From: Camelus ferus
Lineage: Eukaryota
Reading direction: 5' to 3'
Assembly (NCBI RefSeq): GCF_009834535.1
Contig: NC_045696.1
Location: 16,680,001 to 16,744,000, forward strand
DNA length: 64,000 nucleotides
Shown here piece by piece: positions 12,240 through 24,892 of the stretch. The position numbers and the translations under genes were made by a program. Numbering within the stretch: the stretch's first letter is position 1; each line of letters begins with the position of its first letter. The notes under the pieces were generated by a model, which did no database searches, had not been told where the DNA came from, and saw only the letters and a program-made list of their open reading frames with translations.

Positions 12240-13690
12240 GCAGGTATCCTGGTCAGTGCACTTAGTGGTGTTAGTCACATCTTCTGTGTCCTTGCTGATT
12301 TATTGTCCAGTTGATCTATCCATTGCTAAAATAGGAATTTTAGTATCTTCAACTCTGATTGTAAATTTGTCTATTTTCCCCTTTTTATCCTGTTAATTTT
12401 TGCATCTGTATGTCGGTGCTCTGATATTAAAAACATACACATTTTTATTATGTTTTTTCATGAGTTGACACTTTTATCATTATGAAATAGCTTCCTTATC
12501 AATGGTAATAACTTTAGACGAAATTTCTGTTATATGACATTCATACGGCTACTGCATTCTTCTTATGATTACTGTTTGCACGGAATATCTTCTTCCATCC
12601 ATTTATTTTTCATCTTGGCTGCATCTATAAAGTCAAAGTTCATTTTTTATAAGCTGAATAGAGTTGAGTATCATTTTTTTCCACTCTGGAAATCTTTACC
12701 TTTTAATTGTTATTCCATTAGTATCTAATCTAATTATTGATATGATCAAGTTTAGGTTTATCATTTTACTCTTTTTTAAAAAAAGTCATCAGTTTTGTTT
12801 GTTTTTAATCCTCTGTTATTTCTTTCCTGCCATTTTTTGAATTACTTAAAATGTCATAAATTCTTTTTAATTTTCCTATCGATATTTTAGCTATACGTCT
12901 TGTGTCATCGGCTTACTGGTTGAACCAGGAATTCTAATATGTACCTTTAATCTTTAACATTTCATTTCCAGTTAATACTGCCTTATGTAGTAATGAAACC
13001 ATATAGGTCCACATTCCCCAGCTTTTATACTATAGTTATTACATACATTGGTTCTTCACATATTATAAATACCAGAAGACAATACTGTAGCATTTGATTT
13101 AAACCAATATATGCAATAAATAAATTAAGAAAAATAAAGAAAAACAAACTTTTTAAAAATTAACCCAATATCTATCATTTCCCATTTTCTTCATTTCTTT
13201 CTCAACATTTGAGTTTCCATCTGGTATCATTTCCTTTCAGCATGAAAAACTCTTTTCTCCTTTTTTGTGTTACAGATCTGCTGGTGAAAATCTTTTATTT
13301 TTATTTTATCAGAAAATGTTTATTTTGCCTTTATTCTTACATGTTTACTGAGTGTAGAATTCTAATTGACAGATTTTTCTTTTCTTCCTTTCAGCGCTTT
13401 GAAGATTTCATTTTACTTACTTCCGGTTTCCATAGTTCTTTCCTGTTGAATCACTTTTACACTTTATGTAATGTGTCACTTTCTCTTTCTGCTTTCAGTA
13501 TTACTTTTACCCAACTGGTTAATTATTATGTGCCTCAGTAGGTTTTATTTGTGTTTAATTTACTTGATACTCATTATGTATCTTGATAATGTAAATTAAT
13601 GTCTTCCTTAGACTGGGAAAATTTTGGGCCATTATTTCTCTCTCTATTTTTTTCTGTCCTATTCTTTTTCTTCTTCTCTGTGGTACTACT
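12240..13690 (-). mobile_element. Ancient L1M internal fragment (ORF1/ORF2 5' region), heavily decayed
   Basis: T-rich tract with reversed L1M motifs (gatctatccattgct, tttgtctattt, gtagaattctaattgacag, gggaaaattttgggccattatttct). Confidence 0.7.
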
Positions 13691-14375
13691 TTAGACATAG
13701 AGAAAGAGAGAATACATGACAGAAAAATTCTTTGCACTAGGAAAAGAACAGGTGAAGACAAAGGAGTTAAGGAGAGTGTAGAAGAAACAAAGTGAAGCAG
13801 GGACAGCTTGGTGGATGTTGATGGTGGAGTGGGGGAGGGGAAAGAACAATCCAGCTTTCAGTACTGGATCCTCAGTTCTGTTTTCACAAGAAGAAATGGC
13901 AGATGACTAAGAATTATTTTCCCTAGAATTTCCCATATGCCTTTCTTTGTTTTTTGCTTATCCTTTCTTCTCCTTCCTTCCCTTTTACCATTGTTGAGAA
14001 CTCTGATCTCTCCCTCCATTGTTTCTCAGAGGAAGTGGAGGTGACCAGTAGATGAACCGTCACCCCCATCTCAAGGCAGTAGTAGGATCTCACCTACATT
14101 GGCCTGGAGACATCTTTTTATAAGCTGCACACTGTGGCTGGAAGGTGAGTCAGCATTTACTGCATAGCAAGCTGGAGAGTGTGATCATATACTCCTTGGG
14201 AAGCATTTGTCTAGAAACTGGCCCCTCTTAGTACCTTTCTTCCAAAAGTGAATAATTTCACTTCTAACTGGTCAGTTGAGCAGAGAAGAACTGGGATATT
14301 TTATAGAGAAGAGAAGCCTGAGTTGGTTAATGTAAATGGAAAGACTTAAAAAAAACCCAAATATATTAGGAGAAT

Positions 14376-14376
<1 letters not shown>

Positions 14377-14428
<52 letters not shown>
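14377..14428. repeat. (TATC)13 perfect microsatellite
   Basis: 13 uninterrupted TATC units, counted directly. Confidence 0.97.
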
Positions 14429-14430
<2 letters not shown>

Positions 14431-14564
14431 GGGCACTTGCTTGAGATAATATGGAGTAAATTATTGTTTTACTAGTGCAAATAATATTTTAAAAATTAAT
14501 ACAGCTTCTCATAGTTCTCATAGTAACTTAGTTAATAGAAAATTCCACATTGTTCTAGAACAAA

Positions 14565-15982
14565 AGTTTTTAGATGTTCTTGGGTTTCCTTTACACTATT
14601 AAAAATTATTGAGGACCTCCAAAGAGCTTTTTTGTTATATGGGTTATATCTGTTGGTACTTAGCAAATTAGAAATTAAAACTGAGAAATTAAAAATATTT
14701 ATTTATTAATAACTTAAAAGTAAACATGTGTTAATATAAATCAAATCTTTTTGTGGAAATAATGACTTTTCCAAAACAAATGCAATTTTAGCAAGAGGAG
14801 TTGCATTGTTTCACATTTTGTACGTCTCTTTAGTGTCTGGCTCAATACAGTTGGATGATCATATCTAGTTCTGCAATCTACCTGTTGCACTATATTTTGG
14901 TTGGAGTATATGAAAAGATTTGGTCTCACACAGATAAATTTTGGAGAAGGGAGAATTATTTTAATATGTTTTTCAGATAATTATTGATTTTTTTTGATAG
15001 TCCACCAAAGCTCAAGTGGTAGTTTATTAAAACTCAGTTGCAATGTGGAATGTGAAATCATATAAATAAATTTTATGTACTCTCTTACTTTAAAATCCAC
15101 TGGTCTCTCTTGCCCTTTGAACATATCTTCTACCTCCACATAACTTTGTGGCATGATGTGTTGGTCATTTGGAAAAATATTGGTTTCTAAGTTATGCACT
15201 TCTAAACTTTGGTATATTTTATTACACAATATAAAAATCATGCTTATTAATGTCAACAACCAGTCTCATCAGAATGTATTTCAGTATTGTGAAGCTTTTA
15301 AGCTCATTGCCATCTGAATACAGGGTTTTCAAAATTCTAATTTTTGCTCAAAAATGGAATTTTATCAGTGGTACCAAATACTGTTAGTTGTTTTCCTTCA
15401 AGTGACAGGCTTATTAAGTTCATTTTCAAGAAAGTATCTGCCAAATCTCCCAGTTCAGAATAAATATAGTTTGTCAGTCATTCTTTCAGGCAAAAACGGT
15501 TCTATTCAAAAGTCAGCTAGTTCAGCTAGCAACTTAAACAACTGCCAGCTGGTTTTTGGTGACATCATCATAGTTTATTATGAGCAAGATTATCTTTTGC
15601 ATACTTTCCTTTTCATCACATAAAATATCTAAAAGGACCTCAACTCAAAGTTGAGACTTAAAATTAATTTTTTTTTAGCTGCATCATCCACAATGTTCTT
15701 AAGTAAAACTGGCTTAAAATTTTAAAAAATTAAATGAAATTAATTAATTAAAAAATTTTCTGACACAAACAATGACTATGACCATACTCAGGGCCACTGT
15801 CTGGATTCATGCTAAGGCATCAGCAGTTTTACCCACCACTGCTTTTGCAGCAGCAGTGCAAATGTCAATATAGTAAACACGGCAAATGACAAGTGACATC
15901 TTGGTATTATTGGAAGATAGTTTAACTTCACTGATCCTCTGAAAGGAACTCAAGATCCATGGAATATAGTTTGAAAACCGCT
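14565..15982 (-). mobile_element. hAT-Charlie DNA transposon (Charlie1/Charlie1a-like) with dead transposase remnant
   Basis: cctttacactattaaaaattattgaggac...gagctttt at one end and tttgaaaaccgct at the other; minus ORF 14981-15259 (FPNDQ...RPVDFKVREY.KFI.MISHSTLQLSFNKLPL) resembles the Charlie/Buster transposase C-terminal region. Confidence 0.85.
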
Positions 15983-17530
15983 ATTCTAAGCCATAGGAAC
16001 AGTTACAAACAGAACATTTATATTGTTTTGCATATAAGGCAGAGAGGTAAACTAGATATTTGATGGTATTCCTAGAACTGTGTGTCCACAGGATAAGAGG
16101 AAGAAGAATCAGGGTTTCTTTGATGATTAATATCCCAAGGATTGTGAACACTTGGAAAATAATATGATACATCAAATAATTGTAATAGTATAGCTCTATA
16201 TTAACTTTAATTCTTATAAAAGTCCATTAATAACACTTGAATCTTAGTTCTCTCTGAAACAAAATATTGGGATAATATATATACACAGAAAATAGAAGTG
16301 AATGTAAGTGATTTAAAAAGATATGTCAGTTACAAAAAAGCACTTCTTTACAAATGTGAATAATTTTTCTCTCATCTTCTGAATGTGGCCTGAAACGTAT
16401 GGTGAGAGTTTTCTGACAATGAGGGAATCATGGAACCTCAAGGTTGGAAGTTGCTTTCAAGGCTATCTTGTACAAACAATCCTAAGTTGCCAGAGTCCCA
16501 GCATGCTACTCCTTCCAAAAGATGTTTCCTGTTAACGTTTGGACAACTTTTGTGATAATAACCTCACTATCAAACTTGAAGTATTTGGTTAAATCTCTGG
16601 TATCTGTTTCCCAATTTTAGATATTCTTATTCATTGTTTTACATGGTGAATATGTTCCTAGTACTGCCTTCACTCCGCTCATCTTACTTATGGAAGGATC
16701 TTGGACCGTGATCTTCCTGAGTCGAGGGGTGAGGGGGTTCTAAACTGGATTTTTACAAGTCAATTATAAGAAGCTATTTGCTTTCCAAAATCCCTTTAAG
16801 TGTCTTCTTTGGCTTACTAGTTGAGAGTCTGAAATCAGGTATTCTGTGTATATGATCTGCCCAGGAAACTGACTTTGATTTAAATTGCTTTATTAATAGC
16901 AGTCTTACACAAAAGAGAGCATGTAATATTGTTCTTCCATTTAATTCAAAGGAAATTGCACAGCCAGCACTGACTATATTTTCTGAGGCCAGCTTTAAAT
17001 TCATGACATTTTGGCAAGTGGAACAGTGTGATATTTACTGTTCTGGAAACACATACTAAGATGGATGTCACCAAACCACCAGTATTCCCTCACGTCAGAA
17101 TCCTTTTTAACACTCTGTATGAGACTGTAGCTGTCATTTTCGTCTTTCAGTTAAAGGGTTTCACCCTCTGTGAACCAAGGTTATGAATTTTCAAAGTTAA
17201 AAAAAATGAAGACCTCATAAAATATTTGCAGGTAATGTGCAGCAATAGCAGTCTGAATTCTGATAAATAAATTATATTTTTCTTTAAAAAGTGAATTATT
17301 CTCACAGGAAACAACATCAACAAAAAGAGTGCTCCTATGTCTTGTGGGTCCAGGAAAATCCAGTATGCAGAGAGGCTAAAGTCAGCACAAGAAGAATTCA
17401 GAAATATTACAGTAGATTAAATATAAGCCTTTTCCAAATAGTCTGAAATATAAACGCCACTTTCTCTAAAATAATAATGCTCTGAACTGTTCGTCATTAG
17501 GAAATGTGATTTAAAATTAGAGCAATATAA

Positions 17531-17670
17531 GGGAGAAGCAGTGTAGTTCAGTGGTAGAACACATGCTTAGCTCGCATAAGGTCCTGGGTTCAATCCTCAG
17601 TACCACCATTAAAAAAAAAAAAAAAGAATTAAAAAAAAGAGAAACTACCAAAAAAAAAAAAAAAAAAAGA
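17531..17670 (+). mobile_element. tRNA-derived camelid SINE (Vic-1-like) with long poly(A) tail
   Basis: gtgtagttcagtggtagaacacatgcttagctcgcataaggtcctgggttcaatcctcagtaccacca followed by A-runs. Confidence 0.85.
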
Positions 17671-18276
17671 CGCAAAAAATTGCTAAGGTATCCTTTAAAC
17701 CCTGGATTCAGAAATAAAGCTCCTTTAAAAAAGTTTGAGCAATATATACAACAAAAACTACTTTGATGTATTATTAAAGGTGGTATATTACATGCAACTT
17801 ATTGGTTTCTGGATTTACTTAATGATATTTATTGTTCTTTTCTGTCTTCTCTGATGTCTTTCTTATATTCTCATATCCATCTTTCATGAAGGCATCAAAT
17901 GCTAAGTCTGAAATTCAGTGAGCCTTGTTGAAAGAAGGAATGAGATAATGAAATAAATAATCATGCCATCTTCCCTTTACTGCTTTGGGAGTTCATGTGG
18001 TTCTAGGTTATCCCAATTATTTCCTGTCCCAAACAGGATAGGCTGCAGATGTGAAAGTGTCCCCATATGTGGTCTAGAGGAGCCTCATAACATTTTAAAT
18101 TTAATTTATTTTAGAAAATTAATTATTATATTATTATTAGTTATGATTAATAATTACTATTTATTTCAGAAAATGTGTGGGGACCAGGGTTCTGGATTTG
18201 TCCTTCTCTCTCAGCATAGAATCATTTCCCGCTGAGACCACAGAAGAAACTCAGGTTTTTGGGAAGATCTTGAGCT

Positions 18277-18522
18277 AGGGTTGCTGGATAAAATACAGAT
18301 AAGTTTGTATTTCAGTATAAAAATACAGTTAAATTAGCATTTCAGATAAATATGTTTTAAGTATGAAACATAGTTAAAGTAGCATTCCAGATAAATTGCA
18401 AATGCTTTTTTGGTAGAAGCATATCCCAAATATTGCATGGGATATACTTATCCTAAACCTTATCAGCTGAAATTCAAATTTCACTGGATGTCCCCTTTTT
18501 TTCTTCCTTATATCTGGCTAAC
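18277..18522. mobile_element. MER53-like palindromic MITE with internal duplication
   Basis: Termini agggttgctgga / tctggctaac; core atatcccaaatattgcatgggatatacttat...ctgaaattcaaattt; arm motif agttaaa(t/g)tagcatt(t/c)cagataaat repeated at ~18327 and ~18372. Confidence 0.75.
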
Positions 18523-18704
18523 ATGTTCTGGGTTGGGGATGTCACTGTGCTGGACTGAATCTAGGTACTAGAGAGAGTGATATGATTTAGCAAGTGTAGA
18601 CATTGCCTTGGTGTTGTGTAGATATGGGAAAAAATACTACATAGGGACACTGGAGGATGACTATTGCCTACTGGCATTAAGCTTGATACTTGCTGAAAAT
18701 TAAG

Positions 18705-18793
18705 TTTTTTTTTTTTTAATGGAGGTATTGGGGATTGAACCCAGGACCTCGTGAGTGCTAAGCACGTGCTCTACCAATGAGCTCTACCCACCC
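18705..18793 (-). mobile_element. tRNA-derived camelid SINE (Vic-1-like)
   Basis: poly-T then aatggaggtattggggattgaacccaggacctcgtgagtgctaagcacgtgctctaccaatgagctctaccc. Confidence 0.85.
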
Positions 18794-18959
18794 AAATCTT
18801 TTTTACTGGACCCCACCTGAAACTTCACTCAACTTTATTGTTAAAAATAGGATAGCCAATTACCAATACCAAATATTTATTGGAAATATAACAACTTTGG
18901 CTAAAGAATTTGAGATTTTTGTGGCCATGTTGAGCCTTAGTGGGAAGAAAATGATGTGT

Positions 18960-19115
18960 GTAGTCAGAACAAGGGCTTGAAACATGGCAGGCAAGTTTCT
19001 TACCGTCTTTTGAGTCTTCACTTCCATGTCTATCAATAAGGATAATTTAAACCTAACTGATAGAAGAATGGTGAGTAGTAAATGAGATGATGCAGATGGA
19101 AAACTCGTATGGTGA
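18960..19115 (+). mobile_element. MIR SINE fragment
   Basis: ggcaagtttcttacc...gtcttcacttccatgtctatcaataaggataat...aaatgagatgatgca. Confidence 0.5.
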
Positions 19116-19606
19116 CTTCTTCGTCCCTAGTAAAAGGAACTCTGATATTAGGTATCAAACTCTATTATTGAACCAAATCAATTTCTCAGCCATATGGAAA
19201 CTTGAACCTCGAAGTTTCTCTCTTCTTTTATCTTTTCCTGCAACACCTCAACCTGACTGATTTCATGGTATCTTTTATCTTCAAACCCACCATTATTAAA
19301 GCCTGGCTGCTGTGTGGGAGGGGACTGATTAGGGTCATCGTGGCTCAGGAATTGTGTGGCAGCTGATGGTTTGGGGAAATGACTCTTGTCACCCAAGAAT
19401 GTCAGCGAACCCATTTAATGTTGTGAAATAACTGGCATTCATTTTTATTTAATGACAGAGGCTTAGTCTACTCGTGAAAAAAGGGCTCTGTACTTCACTG
19501 ACCCCATAATTCAGCATTGCTGTGATTAAGACAGATTTCTTTTATACCAATTTTATCTTATTGAAATGTGATGGAAAGAGACCGTGAGTTGTGGCTGTGG
19601 AGTAGC

Positions 19607-20131
19607 GTTTTAATAGGTTTTAAAATTATTTAGGTAGAGTGAGCCAACAGATCAGCAGACAACTGCTAATGAAAAGGCAATTTGTTGTACCCACAGACCC
19701 CAAGAGAAGGGAGATGGGAAAGCACTGGAGTCGGTCAGGAGGCAGAGGGAGAGGGGGAACAGTGGGCAGAGCCTTTATTGTGGTTTCCAAGGGAAAGAAT
19801 GCACCAGGCAAGGCAAGTGCATTTGGGATTGGCCAGTTTGAAAAATTTCAGTGGACTCTGGGGCATATGGGCTGTCCCTGGTTGTCTGTTCCCTGGCCTT
19901 GGAGTGATGGGCAGCTGGGTAGTGACCCAGCATGTGATAGCCCCAGAAAGGAGGTGGTTGGGGTTATGGGCTCTGGATGGGTTGGTTTACACTTGAAAAG
20001 TACACTCATGAGTGAATTGTTTACCATCTCTAGGAATTCACTAACCTTGGGAGGGGCAGTCCCTCCAGAGTCCGCAAGTCCCCAGATGTTAAAGCCTTAG
20101 AATATAGAAAATATAAGACATGATTAATATA
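19607..20131 (-). mobile_element. ERVL solo LTR (MER74A-like)
   Basis: Reverse complement follows recalled MER74 (gacatctgggg..gggactgcccctcccaagg..aattcctagagat..ccagagcccata..ccacaataaaggctc..ctgatctgttggctcac); explains the GC-richer ORFs at 19626-20100. Confidence 0.8.
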
Positions 20132-22137
20132 TGGAGAGAGCCTGGATATTGATACCACGGTTACATATTTCTGTTCTGCATTATTTTAAAATATTTTTTT
20201 TGAAAGAGAGCTTATGTTTAGAGATAAATACTGAAATATTTATAGCTGTCTGTATGTTGCTTTGAAATTATCTGGAGTGAAGTGGGAAATAAGTGTAGAA
20301 GATATATTTATACCCCATTTCATTCTAAAAATAATCCAAGATGATTTTCTGCCAGTAAGTGGTTGTACAATGTTTCAGCAAGTTGCATTAGCTTTCAGTG
20401 TCATTTTCCTCACCTCCCCGATAGGAATAGTAACACTTCTCTCAGAGATAATACACTAGAGAAGACTAGAATCCAGACAAAATGAATATTGTGCAGAATG
20501 TGTGGTCTCTGGCTGTGTCTTAATGTCTGATGTGCTTGTGACTGGTGATGAACTAGAGTGACCCTGAGCAGTCTGTTTCAACAAGCATCCAATTCAGAAA
20601 CAGTATTGTGGGTTTGGTCCCTGATAATTTTATTATGCATTTTCACTTTTATCAAGGTCTTCTTTCCTACGTGGTGATGACTTGACTATTGTTTTTAACT
20701 AACAAGTTCAGTCTGTTACAATATCAGGTTGTAATTTCAAACTCGTGGCCCTCTATCTTTTGACAATTGTAAACATGCATTTTTGATTCATCACTTGTCT
20801 TTCTATGGGAAGCCACAGATAACTGACACGGATACTCCTGAGATGGAGTCTTAAATAGGACAGATTCTCTGGGTTTGAAACGGAAATACTGTAATAGAAA
20901 AAGTACCTCTCTAGAAAGAACAAAATGAACCACGGTGAATGTAAAACATTTTTTGAGGATCAGCAGGGGGCACTAAGATTCCACAGAGAAAAAACATCTT
21001 CCTGTAGCATTCATAATTATTTTTCTTTTGCTTTAACTCCAAACTGATAACACCATCAACTCTGTGCTTTTTTTATCTTCACTGTAGCTGACAGTGTATC
21101 TTTTCTTTTTAACCCTCAAAGTGTAGGTGCACTTAACAAATTTACTTATTTGCCAATTAAAAAAAAAACCCTTCTGATGAACTAACTCATCTGCATGCTG
21201 GGTTACTCCTCATTCAACATTCAAAGGCAATGCTATTTGCCTCCCTTTGACAAACATAGAGTAATTAGGATTTTTCACAGACAAATGATTACCTAATAAA
21301 TGACCTTCTGCAGGCAGCTCTATTAAAATAGAGCAAAAAGGATGTTTACTGCAAGAGGCAGCCAAGAAGGACAAACCAGTTCTGCATGACCAAGAGCTTC
21401 TTCAGCTCCAGGAATAGTGAAGGCACTTACTGGACTAGGAGATCTGCACTAAAAATAATTATAAGCTTGACAAGACACTGAACTATAAACTCAAATTATG
21501 ATTGGCTATTGCAACAGTTCATTAATTCTGTGGAATTCCAAGGGTAAGGTAATAATGCTTATATTCACACTGGACATCAGTGAGTAAGAAAAAAAATCAA
21601 AGTATATAAACTAGGGAAGAATGAAAAGCATACGGATCGATTTTCATATGTATTCTCTGATTCTAGTACATTTAGAGGATGAGAAAAAGTCTGAACTCTA
21701 AGTGGAATACCTTTGAAGTACATCTTTGTGAAGATGTAATTTTTTGATAAAACAAATTGCTGTGGGGCTCTTGAATGGAATATTGGATATGGCCACAAAT
21801 TTTTGCCTGTACCCTTAGTTTATGTTTATAAACAACTTAAGAAAACTACTTAGGCTTTGCTTTTGGTTATACTGGCCGCGGCTTTAGATAACTTGTAGAT
21901 TCCTGGTGAATGACCTTAGATCAGAGAATTTTATTCCTGAGATGCTCTGTCGATGATCTCAGCCAATCCTTTAATTTTATAAATGAGAAATCTATGGATA
22001 TAGCAAGATCACTCAGAAAGCTCTATAAACTGATGTGAACTATTCACCATGGTAACTGGGCTGGCAATAAATTTCCTGACTCTAATCCAGTCTCTGCTAC
22101 ACTCCCTTTCTGTTTGAAGTATAACCTATTCACTCAG

Positions 22138-22290
22138 TTTATATATCACACACACACAACATATTATATAACAGTTATTGTTTATGTTATGTAACTGTTA
22201 TATAACTACTATATATGTACTGATTGTATATCACATAATATATTTATATATTATATATACACACACAATAAAGAATATATGTGTGTTATT
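22138..22290. repeat. Degenerate (TA)n/(CA)n low-complexity tract
   Basis: Alternating TA and CA runs seen directly. Confidence 0.8.
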
Positions 22291-24346
22291 TTATTTTAAC
22301 AATTTGATAGCAAAGTGATCCTAAGGTAAACAGGTGAGGATTGACTCCATGAGCATTTGGTAAATGTCCCTGAACCTTTTAAGTGGAGGATGCTTTAGAT
22401 CACAAGAATGACATCCAGGACCACTAAGGAGTGGTCCAAAGGCATGAGCATGCCATTTATTGTTTTCCCTATTGGTACAATTGGTGGTCTAGACCATCCA
22501 GCAAGGGACAGTTGCTTTTCAGTAAAACTAGCATTGCTACCAGACAGGACATCTGAGAATGGGAAAGTCCAAAAGGAACATCTCAGCTCTCCACTGAAAG
22601 CATCTCTCTGCTCTACCAGCCGCACAATTTGGAGTTGGGTGCCTTGCTTGCATTTTGTTGGTTCAGCTCATCCCCTCCCTCTTCTCTTCCACATAATTAA
22701 ATCAATTTCATTACACTGAGTCTGTGATGACTCAGTGTGGCTGTGTTAGCTGCCGGTGGACATGGTCTGTGCATTACATTTCATGCTGGTTCCTTTTCTA
22801 TTAACAAAAATGGAATTTTCAGGCTTCATTACAAGATTAAACTCCTGGTAGAATTAAAGATTGTTGATCCTTTCTAGGCAATTTTTTTCCTGGGGACTAC
22901 CACCCTGAAAACTAGAGCTCTCGACCTCAGTTCCTTCAGGAATGCGTTTTTCCTCTCCTCACAGGGAAAAAGCATCACAGGGTGTCACTGAACTTGGCAA
23001 AGGAGATAGACAGTGTACCGATAAATCAATTCTTTGAAATAAATGAAAGAATCTTACAGAATGAACCACCTCAAAATATCCATGAGCTGCACAGTAGTAA
23101 CTGGGACTCTTGGGACATAGAGAGTGGAGACTACTATGAAATGGTGAAAGATGACGTCTAACTTGATAAAACAATGGTTTGTTTATTCCTTTCGGACACT
23201 GAAGATGCAAACAAACTTCCTTTTAAGTGGCCTTGGGATTGGTTTCCTTCTCCCCTGTAGCAAAAAATCTTGTGGGAAACACTAAATCATTATTTGTTTG
23301 TTTACTTTTGCTACCCGTGTTGAGTTGTCAGTACATTTTTGTCATGGCTTATCAAGGGATTCAGGAGTCTGTGGCTAACAGATATAGACCCTAATGAAAG
23401 CAGAGATGCAAACTATTCATTTAAAAGACAGGTTTGATTGAAGTCTTGTATTTCTTTTGACATAATCTTTTTTATAGTGGATTAAACAAGTTAGTTGAGT
23501 CCAAGAAAATGCAAGCGTTCATGCATGAAAATATGTTTGGAGAAAGTCTATTATTTAATGCAACTTGCTAAATATGAGGTTGATAATCTAAATGAAGAAT
23601 GTCAATTAAGCCTTTTTATTTTTAATGAACTGAGTAATTATTTTTTCCTCATCATTTAAGTGGGGACCTAAGAATCTCTATTAGATCAGAGAGTTCTGGG
23701 CTGAATATCCCTGGGTTCCTCCCTGTCCTCTTCTTATTATTTCTGTCAAAGAGTAAACTAATACATTAGAAAAAAGGAAATTTGATCAATATCCAGTATG
23801 TATATTCACTTTACCACACATGAGGTTAGAGTGGCCAATTTGACCAAAGTCATATGGTAGTGAATTGCAGAAGTGAAATTTGAATTTATATCTATCTGAT
23901 GTCAAAATCTATATATATTTCCCCTGCTTCATTATACTTCCTTTTATGTTCAATTCAATGAGCTAAAGAATCTTTTAAAAGATGGAAGGATTTTACAAAA
24001 TAAAAATTGCCTCCATTAAAAAATATCCACGTAATATTTTTCAAAAAACTTTCCAAGACCCAAGATCATGTCCCAAACAATCAACAGTATCATAAGGACT
24101 CACTTGAAAAATAGTAGCATGAAGAGGGCTTTATTTTGCTTTTTTTAATGTTGAAGATGCACATCTAATAAACTGACAATATGATGACTTTTCTTCTGCC
24201 TTTTGGCTTTGTTCCTTGATTTGGTTTCTAGCCTGGCTTTCTCTGTCTGTTGTTAAGTTACTCAACAAAGCCCAGTTGGTTTTATAGGAATACAGACACA
24301 GAAAATAAATTGTAGAGTAAACATATTTGGAATAGTGGTAGAGAGA

Positions 24347-24892
24347 TGTGTTTGGGTGATTGCAAACAGGTTCCTAATTCTTCCTTTCTTCTTGTATTAT
24401 GCATTTTGCTGTGTGACACTGCAGCTTCTTCCAGCAAGAGATTAAGTCTAGTTCCCTTTGTCTTGGGTCTAGGATAGCCTTGTGACTTGCTTTGGCCAAA
24501 AAAATGTGGTAGAACTGAACTGCGCCAGTTCTAAGGTCCTAAGCTTAAGCTTCAGGAGATCTTGCAAATTCTGCTTGCTCCCTGCCCAGCTGCTGTGAAG
24601 GTAAGCCCAGACTAGCCCACTGGGTGATGAGAGACATGTGACTCAGTCACCCCTGTTGCCCCAGCCAACAACCCACCATGTACCAGACATATGAGTAAGC
24701 CAATCTTAGAAGATCCAGGCCACAGCTGACTTCCACATACATACATAATCCCAGCTGACAGTAAACAGACATGGCCCAGGTCAGCAGAGCCACTCAGCCA
24801 TGAGCTACATATTCATGAACTATAATAGGTGATTATTATTTTAAGTCACTTATTTCTGAGATTGTTTGTTACACAGCAATAGCTAGATGATA
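24347..24892 (+). mobile_element. ERVL-MaLR LTR (MLT1G/H-like)
   Basis: tgtgacttgctttggccaa...atgtgg and 3' end ttttaagtcact...gtttgttacacagcaatagctagatgata are hallmark MLT1 motifs. Confidence 0.8.

Noticed and set aside
14981..15259. Transposase-like ORF (possible domesticated ZBED/Buster gene)
   Set aside because: Short, flanked by stops and frameshifts, inside an internally deleted Charlie1-type element
17531..17610. tRNA-like sequence with A and B boxes (also 10257-10334, 18719-18793)
   Set aside because: Three diverged copies with A-rich tails and broken acceptor stems: SINEs, not tRNA genes
19626..20100. Longest ORFs in the track (153 aa and 104 aa)
   Set aside because: Lie entirely within a MER74-like LTR; no recognisable protein features
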